In this document: piece after piece, positions 39,426-48,449 of the stretch
Layout: every line of letters begins with the position of its first letter
Numbering within the stretch: position 1 is the stretch's first letter
Assembly (NCBI GenBank): GCA_965279375.1
Contig: OZ257156.1
Span: 1 to 64,000 of the forward strand
Reading direction: 5' to 3'
Source: Gemmatimonas sp.
Lineage (GTDB): Bacteria; Gemmatimonadota; Gemmatimonadetes; Gemmatimonadales; Gemmatimonadaceae
DNA: 64,000 bases
Notes under the pieces: generated by a model
What the model saw: only the letters and a program-made list of their open reading frames with translations
Told to the model about the DNA's origin: nothing
Database searches by the model: none
Position numbers and translations under genes: made by a program

Positions 39426-41108
39426 ATGTCGTTCACGATTGGTCTGCTCGTCGTGACGTTCTTCGCCTCGCTCGGCGGACTTGGGCTGTTCATTTGGTCC
39501 ATGTCGAATGGACTCTTCGGTCCGGAATCGGCCGCGAGTCGAGTGATTTTCGGCGCCAAGGAAATCGGTCTCGCGGAAGAGCCGGCAGCGCAGAGCATCG
39601 CAGGACAGAATGAGCTGCAGGAGACGATGAACCGCACCGGACACACGGGCGAGTTCTCCGTGCTCACCGAAGAAGAAGCGGACGAGCGGTTGGTGCAGGA
39701 CGCATCGGGAAAGTGGCCTGTGCTCCTCTGCATCGGCTTCGCGGTGGCGTGGCTCGTGGCGGCCTCAGTGTTTGGTCTGATGGCGTCCATCAAGCTGCAC
39801 GTGCCGGACTGGCTGGTAGGTCAGTCGTGGTTGACCTTCGGCCGCATTCGCCCCGCGCACCTGAACGCGGTGGGCTATGGGTGGTGCAGCCTGGCGGCCT
39901 TTGGCGTCGCGTTGTGGTTGATGCCGCGCCTGTTGCGAACGCCGCTGGTCGGTGGCAAGACGGCAGCGATTGGTGCCACGCTCTGGGGATTGGGTGTGAC
40001 CGCTGGTGTGATCGCGATTCTCACCGGCCACAGCACCGGGCTCGAGTGGCTGGAATTCCCGTGGCAGTGCGATGTGCCTATGGTGATCGGCGGCACGCTG
40101 ATGGGTGTCGCGCTGCTGCGAACGCTGCGCAATCGCACCGTCGAGCACCTGTACGTCTCGGTGTGGTACATCGCCGCCGGATTGCTGTGGCTGCCGATTC
40201 TCATCACCGTGGCCAACTGGCCGGGCGTACACCACGGCGTTCAGCAGGCGGCGATGAACTGGTGGTACGGACACAACGTGCTTGGTCTTTGGTTCACGCC
40301 GATCGGCCTCGCGGCGATCTACTACTTCATTCCCAAGGTGCTCGGCAAGCCGATTCACTCGTACAACCTGTCGCTCGTCGGCTTTTGGACGTTGGCGTTC
40401 TTCTACAGTCAGGTAGGCGGGCATCATCTCATCGGCGGCCCAGTGCCGGGGTGGATCATTTCGCTGTCGATCGTGCAGAGCGTGATGATGGTGGTGCCGG
40501 TGATGGCGGTGGCCGTGAATCAGCATCGCACGTCGTGGGGACATCTTGGCGCGCTGCGCTACTCACCCACGCTCCGCTTCGTGGTGGTGGGCGGCATGAT
40601 GTACACCCTGGCGTCGGTGCAAGGCTCGATCGAGTCGTTGCGCGTGGTGAACACAGTCACGCACTTCACACACTACACCGTCGCCCACGCGCATCTCGGT
40701 CTTTACGGCTTCTTCAGCATGGTCATGTTCGGTGCGATCTACTTCGTGCTGCCGCGTGTGCTTGATTGGGAATGGCCGTCGCATCGACTGATCAGTCTGC
40801 ACTTCTGGCTCGTGATCGGCGGCTTCGCGATCTACTTCGTGGGCCTGAGCATCGGTGGCTGGCTGCAGGGGCTCGCGATGCTCGATGCTTCCAAGCCATT
40901 CATCGACAGCGTGCAGATCACCAAGCCGTACTTGCTCGTGCGAACGATCGGCGGATCGATGATGACGCTTGGCCATCTGGTGTTCGCGCTGCACGTCGCG
41001 ATGATGCTCTCGCGCCGTGGCGTGGCGAAGACGGGACCAACGCTGCTGCGCACGCGGTCATACACACCAACGTCGGCGTCGTTGGCCATCGGAGGGAAGG
41101 TCGCATGA
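39426..41108 (+). CDS. ccoN: cbb3-type (C-family) heme-copper oxidase subunit I with N-terminal CcoS-like segment
   Basis: FGRIRPAHLN, LEWLE, WWYGHN, FYSQVGGHHL and VAHAHLG: all six His ligands plus the helix-VII Tyr. GGAG SD before ATG 39426. Confidence 0.92.
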   Translation: MSFTIGLLVVTFFASLGGLGLFIWSMSNGLFGPESAASRVIFGAKEIGLAEEPAAQSIAGQNELQETMNRTGHTGEFSVLTEEEADERLVQDASGKWPVLLCIGFAVAWLVAASVFGLMASIKLHVPDWLVGQSWLTFGRIRPAHLNAVGYGWCSLAAFGVALWLMPRLLRTPLVGGKTAAIGATLWGLGVTAGVIAILTGHSTGLEWLEFPWQCDVPMVIGGTLMGVALLRTLRNRTVEHLYVSVWYIAAGLLWLPILITVANWPGVHHGVQQAAMNWWYGHNVLGLWFTPIGLAAIYYFIPKVLGKPIHSYNLSLVGFWTLAFFYSQVGGHHLIGGPVPGWIISLSIVQSVMMVVPVMAVAVNQHRTSWGHLGALRYSPTLRFVVVGGMMYTLASVQGSIESLRVVNTVTHFTHYTVAHAHLGLYGFFSMVMFGAIYFVLPRVLDWEWPSHRLISLHFWLVIGGFAIYFVGLSIGGWLQGLAMLDASKPFIDSVQITKPYLLVRTIGGSMMTLGHLVFALHVAMMLSRRGVAKTGPTLLRTRSYTPTSASLAIGGKVA

Positions 41109-41716
41109 GTCGCGAAGCGCAGGTGGACCTGACGCGGCTGATTGGCGGCGCGCTGGCGATCGTGACGTTCTCGATCATCGCCCTCGTCGTGATGCCGTAC
41201 GTACTCACGCAGCAGAAGGAGATCCCGGCCAAGCCCGCGCCGTACACCGAGTCGCAGGCAGCGGGACGTGCGGTATACATCGCGAACGGGTGCATCTACT
41301 GTCACTCGCAGCAACCGCGCGATCCAAGCATCGCGCCGGACCAGCAGCGTGGATGGGGACGTCCGTCGGTGCCGGCCGACTACGTGCACGACCAGCCGCA
41401 TCTGCTGGGCACGATGCGCACCGGGCCCGATCTGTTCAACATCGCTGTGCGCCAGCCCAGCAAGGATTGGCATCTCGGGCACCTGTATCAGCCGCGCGCG
41501 TACATCGCGCAGTCCATCATGCCGTCATATCCGTTTCTCTTTGAAGAGCGGACGGGCGATGCGCAGCCGGGCGAGGTAGTGGTGACGCTTCCGCCGGGCG
41601 CGGCGAAAGCAGGCGTGCGCATCGTGGCCAAGCCGGAAGCCGTTGCACTCGTGGACTATCTCCTGTCGCTCGATCACACCTATCCCGTACGCGCGACCAG
41701 CGGAGGTACGCCATGA
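41105..41716 (+). CDS. ccoO: cbb3-type oxidase subunit II (monoheme cytochrome c)
   Basis: GRAVYIANGCIYCHSQQ, LGTMRTGPDL and SIMPSY. Confidence 0.92.
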   Translation: MSREAQVDLTRLIGGALAIVTFSIIALVVMPYVLTQQKEIPAKPAPYTESQAAGRAVYIANGCIYCHSQQPRDPSIAPDQQRGWGRPSVPADYVHDQPHLLGTMRTGPDLFNIAVRQPSKDWHLGHLYQPRAYIAQSIMPSYPFLFEERTGDAQPGEVVVTLPPGAAKAGVRIVAKPEAVALVDYLLSLDHTYPVRATSGGTP

Positions 41717-42294
41717 GGCGCGAGACGCGCGCTCCCCGCGATCGTGAGCACGGCGATCCGGAAGAACAGGTTCGCCCGCTGCCACGCGCGCTGCTCTCGC
41801 TGGCGTTGGTCGCTGGACTCTGGGGCGGCTGGTATCTGGCGACGAGTGAGTCGGATGTCTCGCCGATGCTCGGCGATCGCCGCACGGCGGCCGCGTTTCA
41901 GGCAGCACCAGCCAATGCTACGGTGGACGGCGCGCAGGTGTTCACGGGCAAGTGCGCGGCGTGTCATCAGGCAACGGGTCTCGGCTTGCCCGGCGTGTTC
42001 CCGCCGCTCGCGAAGTCGCCGTGGGTGGTGGGTGCGGAGGAACGGCTGTTGCAGATCCTGCTGCACGGCATTCAGGGGCCCATTGAAGTGCTGGGCGCGA
42101 CGTACAACGGTGCAATGCCCGCGTGGAATACACTGAGCGACGCAGAATTGGCCGCAGTGGCCACGTACATTCGCGGTGCATTCGGCAACAGTGCGGGCGC
42201 GATTACGGCGGAGACGGTGGCGAAGGCGCGCGCGGCCACGGCGTCACGCACGACGCCGTGGTCGGGTGGCGAGGAGTTGGAGCACATCCAGTGA
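41713..42294 (+). CDS. Membrane-anchored monoheme cytochrome c
   Basis: One TM, CAACHQATG, FPPLA and YNGAMP. Confidence 0.9.
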   Translation: MRRETRAPRDREHGDPEEQVRPLPRALLSLALVAGLWGGWYLATSESDVSPMLGDRRTAAAFQAAPANATVDGAQVFTGKCAACHQATGLGLPGVFPPLAKSPWVVGAEERLLQILLHGIQGPIEVLGATYNGAMPAWNTLSDAELAAVATYIRGAFGNSAGAITAETVAKARAATASRTTPWSGGEELEHIQ

Positions 42295-42944
42295 AGAGCT
42301 GGCGCGCAGTCGTCGGGGTTGGGCTCGCGTTGAGCGCGACGATGGCGATGGTGGCGACCGCCACCGACGGCTTTCGTGCCTGGACCACCGATGCTGCGCG
42401 CGCACGTGCTGTCAGCGCGAAGCCTGTGATGGTGCCACCTGTTGCACTGCTGGATATGCATCGCGCGCCACAACAGCTCTCGGACAGCACACGCAGCACG
42501 ATCGTGGATTTCGTCTACACGCGTTGTCCGTCGCTCTGTGGCACGCTTGGCTCGACATACCAGCGATTGCAAGCCGAGCTGCAGCAACGCGCCCTCGGCG
42601 ATCGGGTACGGCTGCTGACCATCTCGTTCGATCCAATGTGGGACACCCCCGAGCGTTTGCGCTACTACTCGATTACCATGCGCCCAGACCCGGCGCTGTG
42701 GACGATCGCGACGTTGCCTGACACGAATGGGCTCGCGTCGATGCTCGCGACGTTTGGCATTCGCGTGATTCCTGACGATGCCGGTGGCTTCACGCATAAC
42801 GCGGCGTTGCACGTGGTCGATCCGCAGGGGCGGCTCGTGGGCATTCTTCCGGTGGATGCGACGGCGGATGCGATCGATCTGGCCCTGGCGCGGGCCAATC
42901 CGCCCACGGCCGCTCATCGCAGTGCAACAGTGAGTGCGCGATGA
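42291..42944 (+). CDS. SCO family protein
   Basis: DFVYTRCPSLC, ISFDP and FTHNAA. GTGA overlap with the upstream cytochrome. Confidence 0.9.
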   Translation: MKSWRAVVGVGLALSATMAMVATATDGFRAWTTDAARARAVSAKPVMVPPVALLDMHRAPQQLSDSTRSTIVDFVYTRCPSLCGTLGSTYQRLQAELQQRALGDRVRLLTISFDPMWDTPERLRYYSITMRPDPALWTIATLPDTNGLASMLATFGIRVIPDDAGGFTHNAALHVVDPQGRLVGILPVDATADAIDLALARANPPTAAHRSATVSAR

Positions 42945-43633
42945 CCCCAACAATGAGTACTCGCCCAGCTCGCGCTGATGCGCATGCCTCGGGCGCGCTC
43001 GACGCCGATGGGCAGTCGCGCCCGGCGTCTGAGCGCCGCGCACGGTACGTGTTCGCGCTGATTGCCCTCCTCGCCTGTCTTGCCTCGCGCTTGATACTGG
43101 AGCGCACCATGTGGGCGCAGATGCTGCTGCAACTGCCGCTCCTGCTCGTGGTGGGTGCGTACCTGGCATCCGCTCTTGCGCGACGTGACGTGCACGATTT
43201 GACCGCAGCACGCGCAAGTGCATGGAACCCTCAGGGAGCCGCCGGACTCGTACTCGCGTCTGGCGTCGTGACGCTCTGGATGATTCCGCGCCTGCTCGAT
43301 GCCGCACTCGAGCAGCCGCTCGTTGACGCTGCCAAGATGTCGATGCTGCTCGCGGCGGGCGCGATCGGATGGATTTCATGGCGCGCCGCCATGCCGATCG
43401 TGCGCGTGTTCATGCTCGGCAACGTGGCGTGGATGACGGCGACCGTCGGCGTGCTGCTGCTCGACTCTCCCGTGCGCCTGTGTGCGAGCTATGGCGCGAA
43501 CGACCAGCGCGTGACAGGATATGGGCTGGTACTGATCGCGTTGTTCGTGGTGGTGGCGGCGTTCGTGCGGTTCAGCGCGCCGGCTCTACCGGACAAGTCA
43601 TCGCTCACACGCCCAGCGCACCATGTCGTCTGA
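42941..43633 (+). CDS. CtaG/DUF1404-like oxidase assembly membrane protein
   Basis: About 6 TM; QMLLQLPLL, WMIPRLLD and RLCASY..DQ motifs; coupled to SCO. Confidence 0.6.
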   Translation: MTPTMSTRPARADAHASGALDADGQSRPASERRARYVFALIALLACLASRLILERTMWAQMLLQLPLLLVVGAYLASALARRDVHDLTAARASAWNPQGAAGLVLASGVVTLWMIPRLLDAALEQPLVDAAKMSMLLAAGAIGWISWRAAMPIVRVFMLGNVAWMTATVGVLLLDSPVRLCASYGANDQRVTGYGLVLIALFVVVAAFVRFSAPALPDKSSLTRPAHHVV

Positions 43634-44426
43634 CGCTCAACACACCACAAACGCGCGCTCGGAGTTCGCTGGGTCGGAGTTCGCAGGGAAGGTCGCGTTC
43701 ATCACAGGTGGCGCGTCGGGCTTGGGGCGCGCGTCCGCGCAGCACCTCGCCGCGCAGGGTGCGCACGTCGCGATCGCCGACATCCAGCATGATGCGGCGC
43801 ACGCGCTTGCGGCGGAGATCGAGTCCAGCGGAGGGCGTGCGATCGCTGTACCGGTCAACGTGCGCCGCGATGACGAAATCGAAGCTGCGGTACACGCCAC
43901 GGTCGCGGCGTTCGGGCGGCTGGACATCGCGATCAACGCGGCGGGCATCGGCGGCCCGGAGCTGCGCACCGCCGAGTATCCGCCGGAAGCGTGGGACCTC
44001 GTGATCGATGTGAATCTCAATGGCGTCTGGCGCAGCATGCGCCACGAGATTCCCGCGATGCTCGAGCGAGGTGGCGGAGTGATCGTCAACGTCGCGTCGG
44101 TGGCCGGGCTGGGCGGATTCCCGCGGCATCCAGCCTACGCGGCCAGCAAGCACGGCGTGGTGGGGCTCACGCGGACAGCGGCGCTCGAATACGGCAAACG
44201 CGGCATTCGCATCAACGCGCTGTGCCCCGGCTTTACACTGACGCCGATGGTGCAGCAGATGATTGATGCGGGGCTGCCCGCCGAGCAGTTGGCGGCCCGC
44301 GTTCCGCTTGGTCGCCTGGCAACGGCCGACGAAGTGGCGGCGACGGCGCTTTATCTCTGCAGCAGCGCGAGCGCGTTCATGGTGGGACATGCGCTCGCGA
44401 TCGACGGCGGGATTACCGCGGGTTAG
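43623..44426 (+). CDS. SDR family oxidoreductase
   Basis: TGGASGLG, NAAGI, YAASKHG and INALCPG. Confidence 0.93.
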   Translation: MSSDAQHTTNARSEFAGSEFAGKVAFITGGASGLGRASAQHLAAQGAHVAIADIQHDAAHALAAEIESSGGRAIAVPVNVRRDDEIEAAVHATVAAFGRLDIAINAAGIGGPELRTAEYPPEAWDLVIDVNLNGVWRSMRHEIPAMLERGGGVIVNVASVAGLGGFPRHPAYAASKHGVVGLTRTAALEYGKRGIRINALCPGFTLTPMVQQMIDAGLPAEQLAARVPLGRLATADEVAATALYLCSSASAFMVGHALAIDGGITAG

Positions 44427-44487
44427 GCGGCGGCGTCACCTCTCGCTCGCGAACGACGCGCCTCGATGCAAGCAGCGATGAGCGCTC

Positions 44488-45609
44488 TCACTGACGCCAT
44501 CGCTTGATGTACCATGTTCGCGAACCGTCCCGATCGCACTCGTACTGCACACCAGTGACGTTGTTGTCGGTGCTGACGCCGCCGGCGATGGTGAGACACT
44601 TGTCCGTCTGCGTGTTGCGGAGTTCGTACGCGGACCCACTGCCGATCGGTTCAAAATGCCAGTACCGAGATGGGTGCGCGTCGCAATCGTACTGCACGGC
44701 AGGAACGCTGTTGTCGGTGCTCACGCCACCGGAGATCGTCAGGCACTTCCCCGTTTGAACATTGCGCGCCTGAAACACCTTCGCGTCGTCGGTTGCAGAC
44801 AGCCGCCAGCGACGTGAGGGATCAGTATCGCAGTCGTACTGCACGGTCTCGAGGCTGTTCGCTTCGCTCACGCCGCCGGCGATCGTCAGACACTTGCCAG
44901 TCTTCGCGTTGACGAGCATCACCTCTCCGTCGGCGGCTTGTGCCAGCGCTGATCGACTCGGCGGCGGCACCGTCTCCGTCTTCGGAGCCGGCGGCTTCAC
45001 CTCCGAGTCTGGTGCGAGCACGCCTGCGTCGAGCGACGTCGTTGCGCTGTCTGCCGTCGACATCAAGACCGGCTCTCGCGTCAGCAGATAGCCGGTCCCT
45101 CCGAGTGCTGCGAGCAGCGCGACAGCAAGCACGCCCTTGGGAATTCCCGCTCGACGAACTGTGAGCGCTGGCTCCTTCGTCTTGGGCGCCGACCCGCCCA
45201 GACGCTTGCCCGCGAGCGCCGCACGAACGCCGGCCAGCACTTCCTGCCATTCGGGATTCGCAGGATCACCTCGCCATCCCGCCAGGTTGGCGCATTGCAC
45301 ATGACGAAAGCCGAGCGGGATCGCGCATGGCTCGATCTGCACGGGAATGATCGGCCGTTTCAGTCGTTGGGCCTCGTCGACCTCGTTGAACACCCACGCG
45401 GCGGACGCAGAATCCTCAGTCCGCTTGGACCACACCGCGATCACGACTTTCGCTTCTTCAAGGGCGGAGGTGATGGTCTCACGCCAAGTGCCGCCCACGG
45501 TGATCTTCTGATCCCACCACACACTCACTCCCTCGCGCTCCAATGCGAGCGCGAGCGTCTTCACCAGTTCCCGATCTTCACTCTTGTAGCTCAGAAAAAC
45601 GTCGGCCAT
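44488..45609 (-). CDS. TIR domain - transmembrane - ricin-B (beta-trefoil) lectin protein
   Basis: DVFLSY..ED, VWWD and WVFNE (TIR_2); TM GVLAVALLAALGGTGYLL; three N.xTxKCLTI.GG..VQYxC...SRxW repeats. Confidence 0.88.
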   Translation of the reverse strand: MADVFLSYKSEDRELVKTLALALEREGVSVWWDQKITVGGTWRETITSALEEAKVVIAVWSKRTEDSASAAWVFNEVDEAQRLKRPIIPVQIEPCAIPLGFRHVQCANLAGWRGDPANPEWQEVLAGVRAALAGKRLGGSAPKTKEPALTVRRAGIPKGVLAVALLAALGGTGYLLTREPVLMSTADSATTSLDAGVLAPDSEVKPPAPKTETVPPPSRSALAQAADGEVMLVNAKTGKCLTIAGGVSEANSLETVQYDCDTDPSRRWRLSATDDAKVFQARNVQTGKCLTISGGVSTDNSVPAVQYDCDAHPSRYWHFEPIGSGSAYELRNTQTDKCLTIAGGVSTDNNVTGVQYECDRDGSRTWYIKRWRQ

Positions 45610-45688
45610 TGTGTCCTCCGTGCTGTGCGGAAGAACTTACCGGTGCCGCGCGACTGGAAACAATGAGGCAATTCAACCAGAGGCGCGC

Positions 45689-46681
45689 TTACGCGTCGCC
45701 GTTTGGTACCAGTACGATCTTACCGTTGCGTTCGCCTGCGGCAGCCGCCGCAATCGCCTCCTGAATCTGCTCCAGCGGATACGTCGCCTGCACGCGCGCC
45801 GACAGATGTCCGGTGGCGATCAGTGTGGCCAATTCGCCAAACAGTGCGCGCTGTCGCTCGGGCGCGGCTGTGCGAAACCAGAACGCGAGCCAGAAGCCGC
45901 GCAGCGTCACGTCGCGAAAGACGAACGAACTCGGCAACACCGTGCAGGGCTGGCCGCTCATGCCGCCGTAGTTCACCACCGTGCCGCCGATCGCCACGCT
46001 TTGCGCGAGGTAGTCGGTGGACTTGCCACCCACGGCATCGATGGCGAGGCGAATCTTCGCCTTCCCCGTCGCCTCGGCGATGCGATGCTTGAGATCCGGC
46101 CCATCCACGAGAACCACATCGCCGCCGATCGCCTGCACCTCGGCGACGGCGCTCTCGCGACGTACCACGTTCACCGTGCGCACACCCTGTCGTTTGGCCA
46201 GCTGAATGAGGTAGCCACCGACGGCCGAGTTGGCAGCGTTCTGAATGACCCAGTCGCCTTCGGCCAACGTGACGAACTCTGACAGCAGGAGCGCGGCCGT
46301 CGGCGGATTGACGGTGAGCATGGAGAGCTGCACCGGATCACCGACGTCGGGCAACGGCATCAGCGTCGCCGCGGGTGCAATCATGTGCGTGCTCCACGTG
46401 CCGGCACCAACGGGCAGCAGCACGCGCTGCCCTAACCTCACGTTGCTCACGCCGTCGCTCACTGCGGCGACGCGTCCGATGCCTTCGTTACCGCCAACGG
46501 CCGGTAGCGAGGGCAGCACTCCGTACAGTCCCGCGATGGTGAGGACGTCGCTCGGATTGATGGGCGTCGCCAGCACTTCGATCAGTGCTTCTCCTGCTTG
46601 CAGCGCAGGAGTCTCCATCTCTTCGCAATGAATCAGCGTCGCGGGCGTGGGACCGCGCTCATGGTAGATCGCTCGCTTCAC
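45689..46681 (-). CDS. MDR family 2-enoyl-thioester reductase (MECR-like)
   Basis: PINPSD, GNEG, VNPPTA, QNAANSAVG, YGGMS and GFWL. Confidence 0.9.
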   Translation of the reverse strand: MKRAIYHERGPTPATLIHCEEMETPALQAGEALIEVLATPINPSDVLTIAGLYGVLPSLPAVGGNEGIGRVAAVSDGVSNVRLGQRVLLPVGAGTWSTHMIAPAATLMPLPDVGDPVQLSMLTVNPPTAALLLSEFVTLAEGDWVIQNAANSAVGGYLIQLAKRQGVRTVNVVRRESAVAEVQAIGGDVVLVDGPDLKHRIAEATGKAKIRLAIDAVGGKSTDYLAQSVAIGGTVVNYGGMSGQPCTVLPSSFVFRDVTLRGFWLAFWFRTAAPERQRALFGELATLIATGHLSARVQATYPLEQIQEAIAAAAAGERNGKIVLVPNGDA

Positions 46682-46712
46682 GACAACCTCCGGTACGACG
46701 GGAAACGCGTGA

Positions 46713-47198
46713 TCAGGACAGCTCGGCAGCGTTGCGCTGATGAATCGTGGTCAACTCGACGACGGTCAGGCGACGCAATCCCTTGGGCAGCTTGAGAATC
46801 GCCGTGTCTCCCACGCCCTTCCCCTGCAGCGCGAGGCCGATGGGCGACGCCATCGTCACGTGGCCGTCGTTGAGTTCTCCGGCGTCACCAAAGACGAGCT
46901 CATAGCTCTCGAGCTTGTTGGTCGCCTGATCCTGCACCACCACGCGCGAACCGAGTCCGGCCTTGTCCACCGAGATCTGCGCGATGTCGATGTTGGCCAG
47001 CTTGGTCACGCGCTGCGTCAGCTGTCCCAGGCGCGCCTGCACGAACTGCTGCCGCTCGAGGGCCGCCTTGTACTCGCTGTTTTCCTTGAGGTCGCCGAGC
47101 TCGACGGCTTTACGGATTTCGTTGGGCAGCGTGACGTTCAGCTCGAAGGAGAGCTTCTCCACCTCGCGCGCCATCTGGGCAATCAGTTCGTCGAACAT
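46713..47198 (-). CDS. greA: GreA/GreB family transcription elongation factor
   Basis: AVELGDLKENSEYKAA with both acidic tip residues; SPIGLALQGKGVGD. Confidence 0.88.
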   Translation of the reverse strand: MFDELIAQMAREVEKLSFELNVTLPNEIRKAVELGDLKENSEYKAALERQQFVQARLGQLTQRVTKLANIDIAQISVDKAGLGSRVVVQDQATNKLESYELVFGDAGELNDGHVTMASPIGLALQGKGVGDTAILKLPKGLRRLTVVELTTIHQRNAAELS

Positions 47199-47255
47199 CG
47201 TCGTACCCGCTGAAGTACGGTCACGCGTATCGCTGGCAGCGACATCGGGCGCCCG

Positions 47256-47294
47256 AAAAAAATACGAGCGCCCGGCCGTGGTTCGGCCGGGCGC
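47256..47294 (-). terminator. Intrinsic terminator in the greA upstream region
   Basis: Minus strand GCGCCCGGCCG-AACCA-CGGCCGGGCGC then TCGTATTTTTTT. Confidence 0.75.
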
Positions 47295-47306
47295 GCAGAA
47301 CATTCA

Positions 47307-47334
47307 AATATGTGGCGCGAGGTCGCCGATGCAA
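47307..47334 (-). promoter_or_regulatory. Candidate sigma70 promoter for greA
   Basis: Minus strand TTGCAT-N16-CATATT immediately upstream of the terminator hairpin. Confidence 0.5.
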
Positions 47335-47354
47335 GCGCGGCCGTCTGGCTTTGC

Positions 47355-48335
47355 TCAGCGCGACGGGGCCGCCGCCTGCGCCGCGTGTGCGTCGATCACT
47401 GCCTGTGCCGCTTCCGCCGGATCGTCCGTGAGCAGGATGAGATCGAGATCGCCGGCCGCGATCTTTCCCTCACCCGCGAGTCGCGACGACATCCAACGCA
47501 CCAGCCCAGCCCAGTAGTGCCGCCCGAACAGGATGACCGGAAACTGAAAGATCTTGCCGGTCTGGATGAGCGTCAGCGCTTCGAACAATTCGTCCAGCGT
47601 GCCGAATCCGCCGGGGAAGATGATGAACGCGTTCGAGTACTTGATGAACATCGTCTTGCGAACGAAGAAATACCGGAAGTTCACCAGCGTATCGACGTAG
47701 GGATTGGCGCCTTGCTCGAAGGGAAGTTCGATGTTGCATCCCACCGAATGCCCGCCGCCAAGCTTGGCGCCCTTGTTGGCGGCCTCCATGATCCCCGGAC
47801 CGGCGCCGGTGATGATCGAGAACCCTGCTTCAGCCAGCAGCCGCGCCGTCTCGCAGGCCGCGATGTACTGCGGGTCGTCGGGGCCCGTGCGCGCCGAGCC
47901 GAAGATCGTCACGCCCTTCGTGATCTCGGCCAATGCATCGAACCCTTCCACAAACTCCGACGTGATGCGCATGACGCGCCACGGATCGGTGCGCGTGAAG
48001 GCACCGAGGTCGGTCCCAGGCGACTGCAGCAGCTTCTCGTCCTCGGTCAGCGACGGGAGATCCCGGATCGCTGCGTCCACCACCCGCGGGAACTTGCGGC
48101 GCACCGCGCGCGCTCCGCTGGAGACAAGCGCTTGGGCGTCGGGCACGCGGCCAGCCTTGCGATGCCCCTCCTCGGTCCGCTCCACGAGGCCCACTCGCGA
48201 TGCAAGCTCCGCCTTGGCACGCGTGACCGGTGAGGCTTTCTTGCCTGTCAGTGTTCGCGGCGTATTGGCTGCGACCTTGGCAGGCTTTGCTTTGACTTTG
48301 ACGGGGTCCTTGGACCGACGAGGCGACTTCGCCAT
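47355..48335 (-). CDS. LOG family (TIGR00730) nucleotide monophosphate phosphoribohydrolase
   Basis: TIFGSAR, TGAGPGIMEA, FRYFFVRK and PGGFGTLDE; long basic N-terminal extension. Confidence 0.92.
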   Translation of the reverse strand: MAKSPRRSKDPVKVKAKPAKVAANTPRTLTGKKASPVTRAKAELASRVGLVERTEEGHRKAGRVPDAQALVSSGARAVRRKFPRVVDAAIRDLPSLTEDEKLLQSPGTDLGAFTRTDPWRVMRITSEFVEGFDALAEITKGVTIFGSARTGPDDPQYIAACETARLLAEAGFSIITGAGPGIMEAANKGAKLGGGHSVGCNIELPFEQGANPYVDTLVNFRYFFVRKTMFIKYSNAFIIFPGGFGTLDELFEALTLIQTGKIFQFPVILFGRHYWAGLVRWMSSRLAGEGKIAAGDLDLILLTDDPAEAAQAVIDAHAAQAAAPSR

Positions 48336-48449
48336 GAGGACGCAGTTCAGGGAAGGAATGACGCGACGGTCGAAACGGATTTCGACTGCTGCGAAGTGTA
48401 TGCATGCGCGTGCTGAGACCGCCACCCCAACGCGTGCAGGCTCGCTCTC

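Noticed and set aside
44491..44925. DNA repeats as a possible CRISPR or non-coding array
   Set aside because: The repeats are in-frame coding repeats of the trefoil domain; no constant repeat-spacer pattern or cas genes occur in the window.
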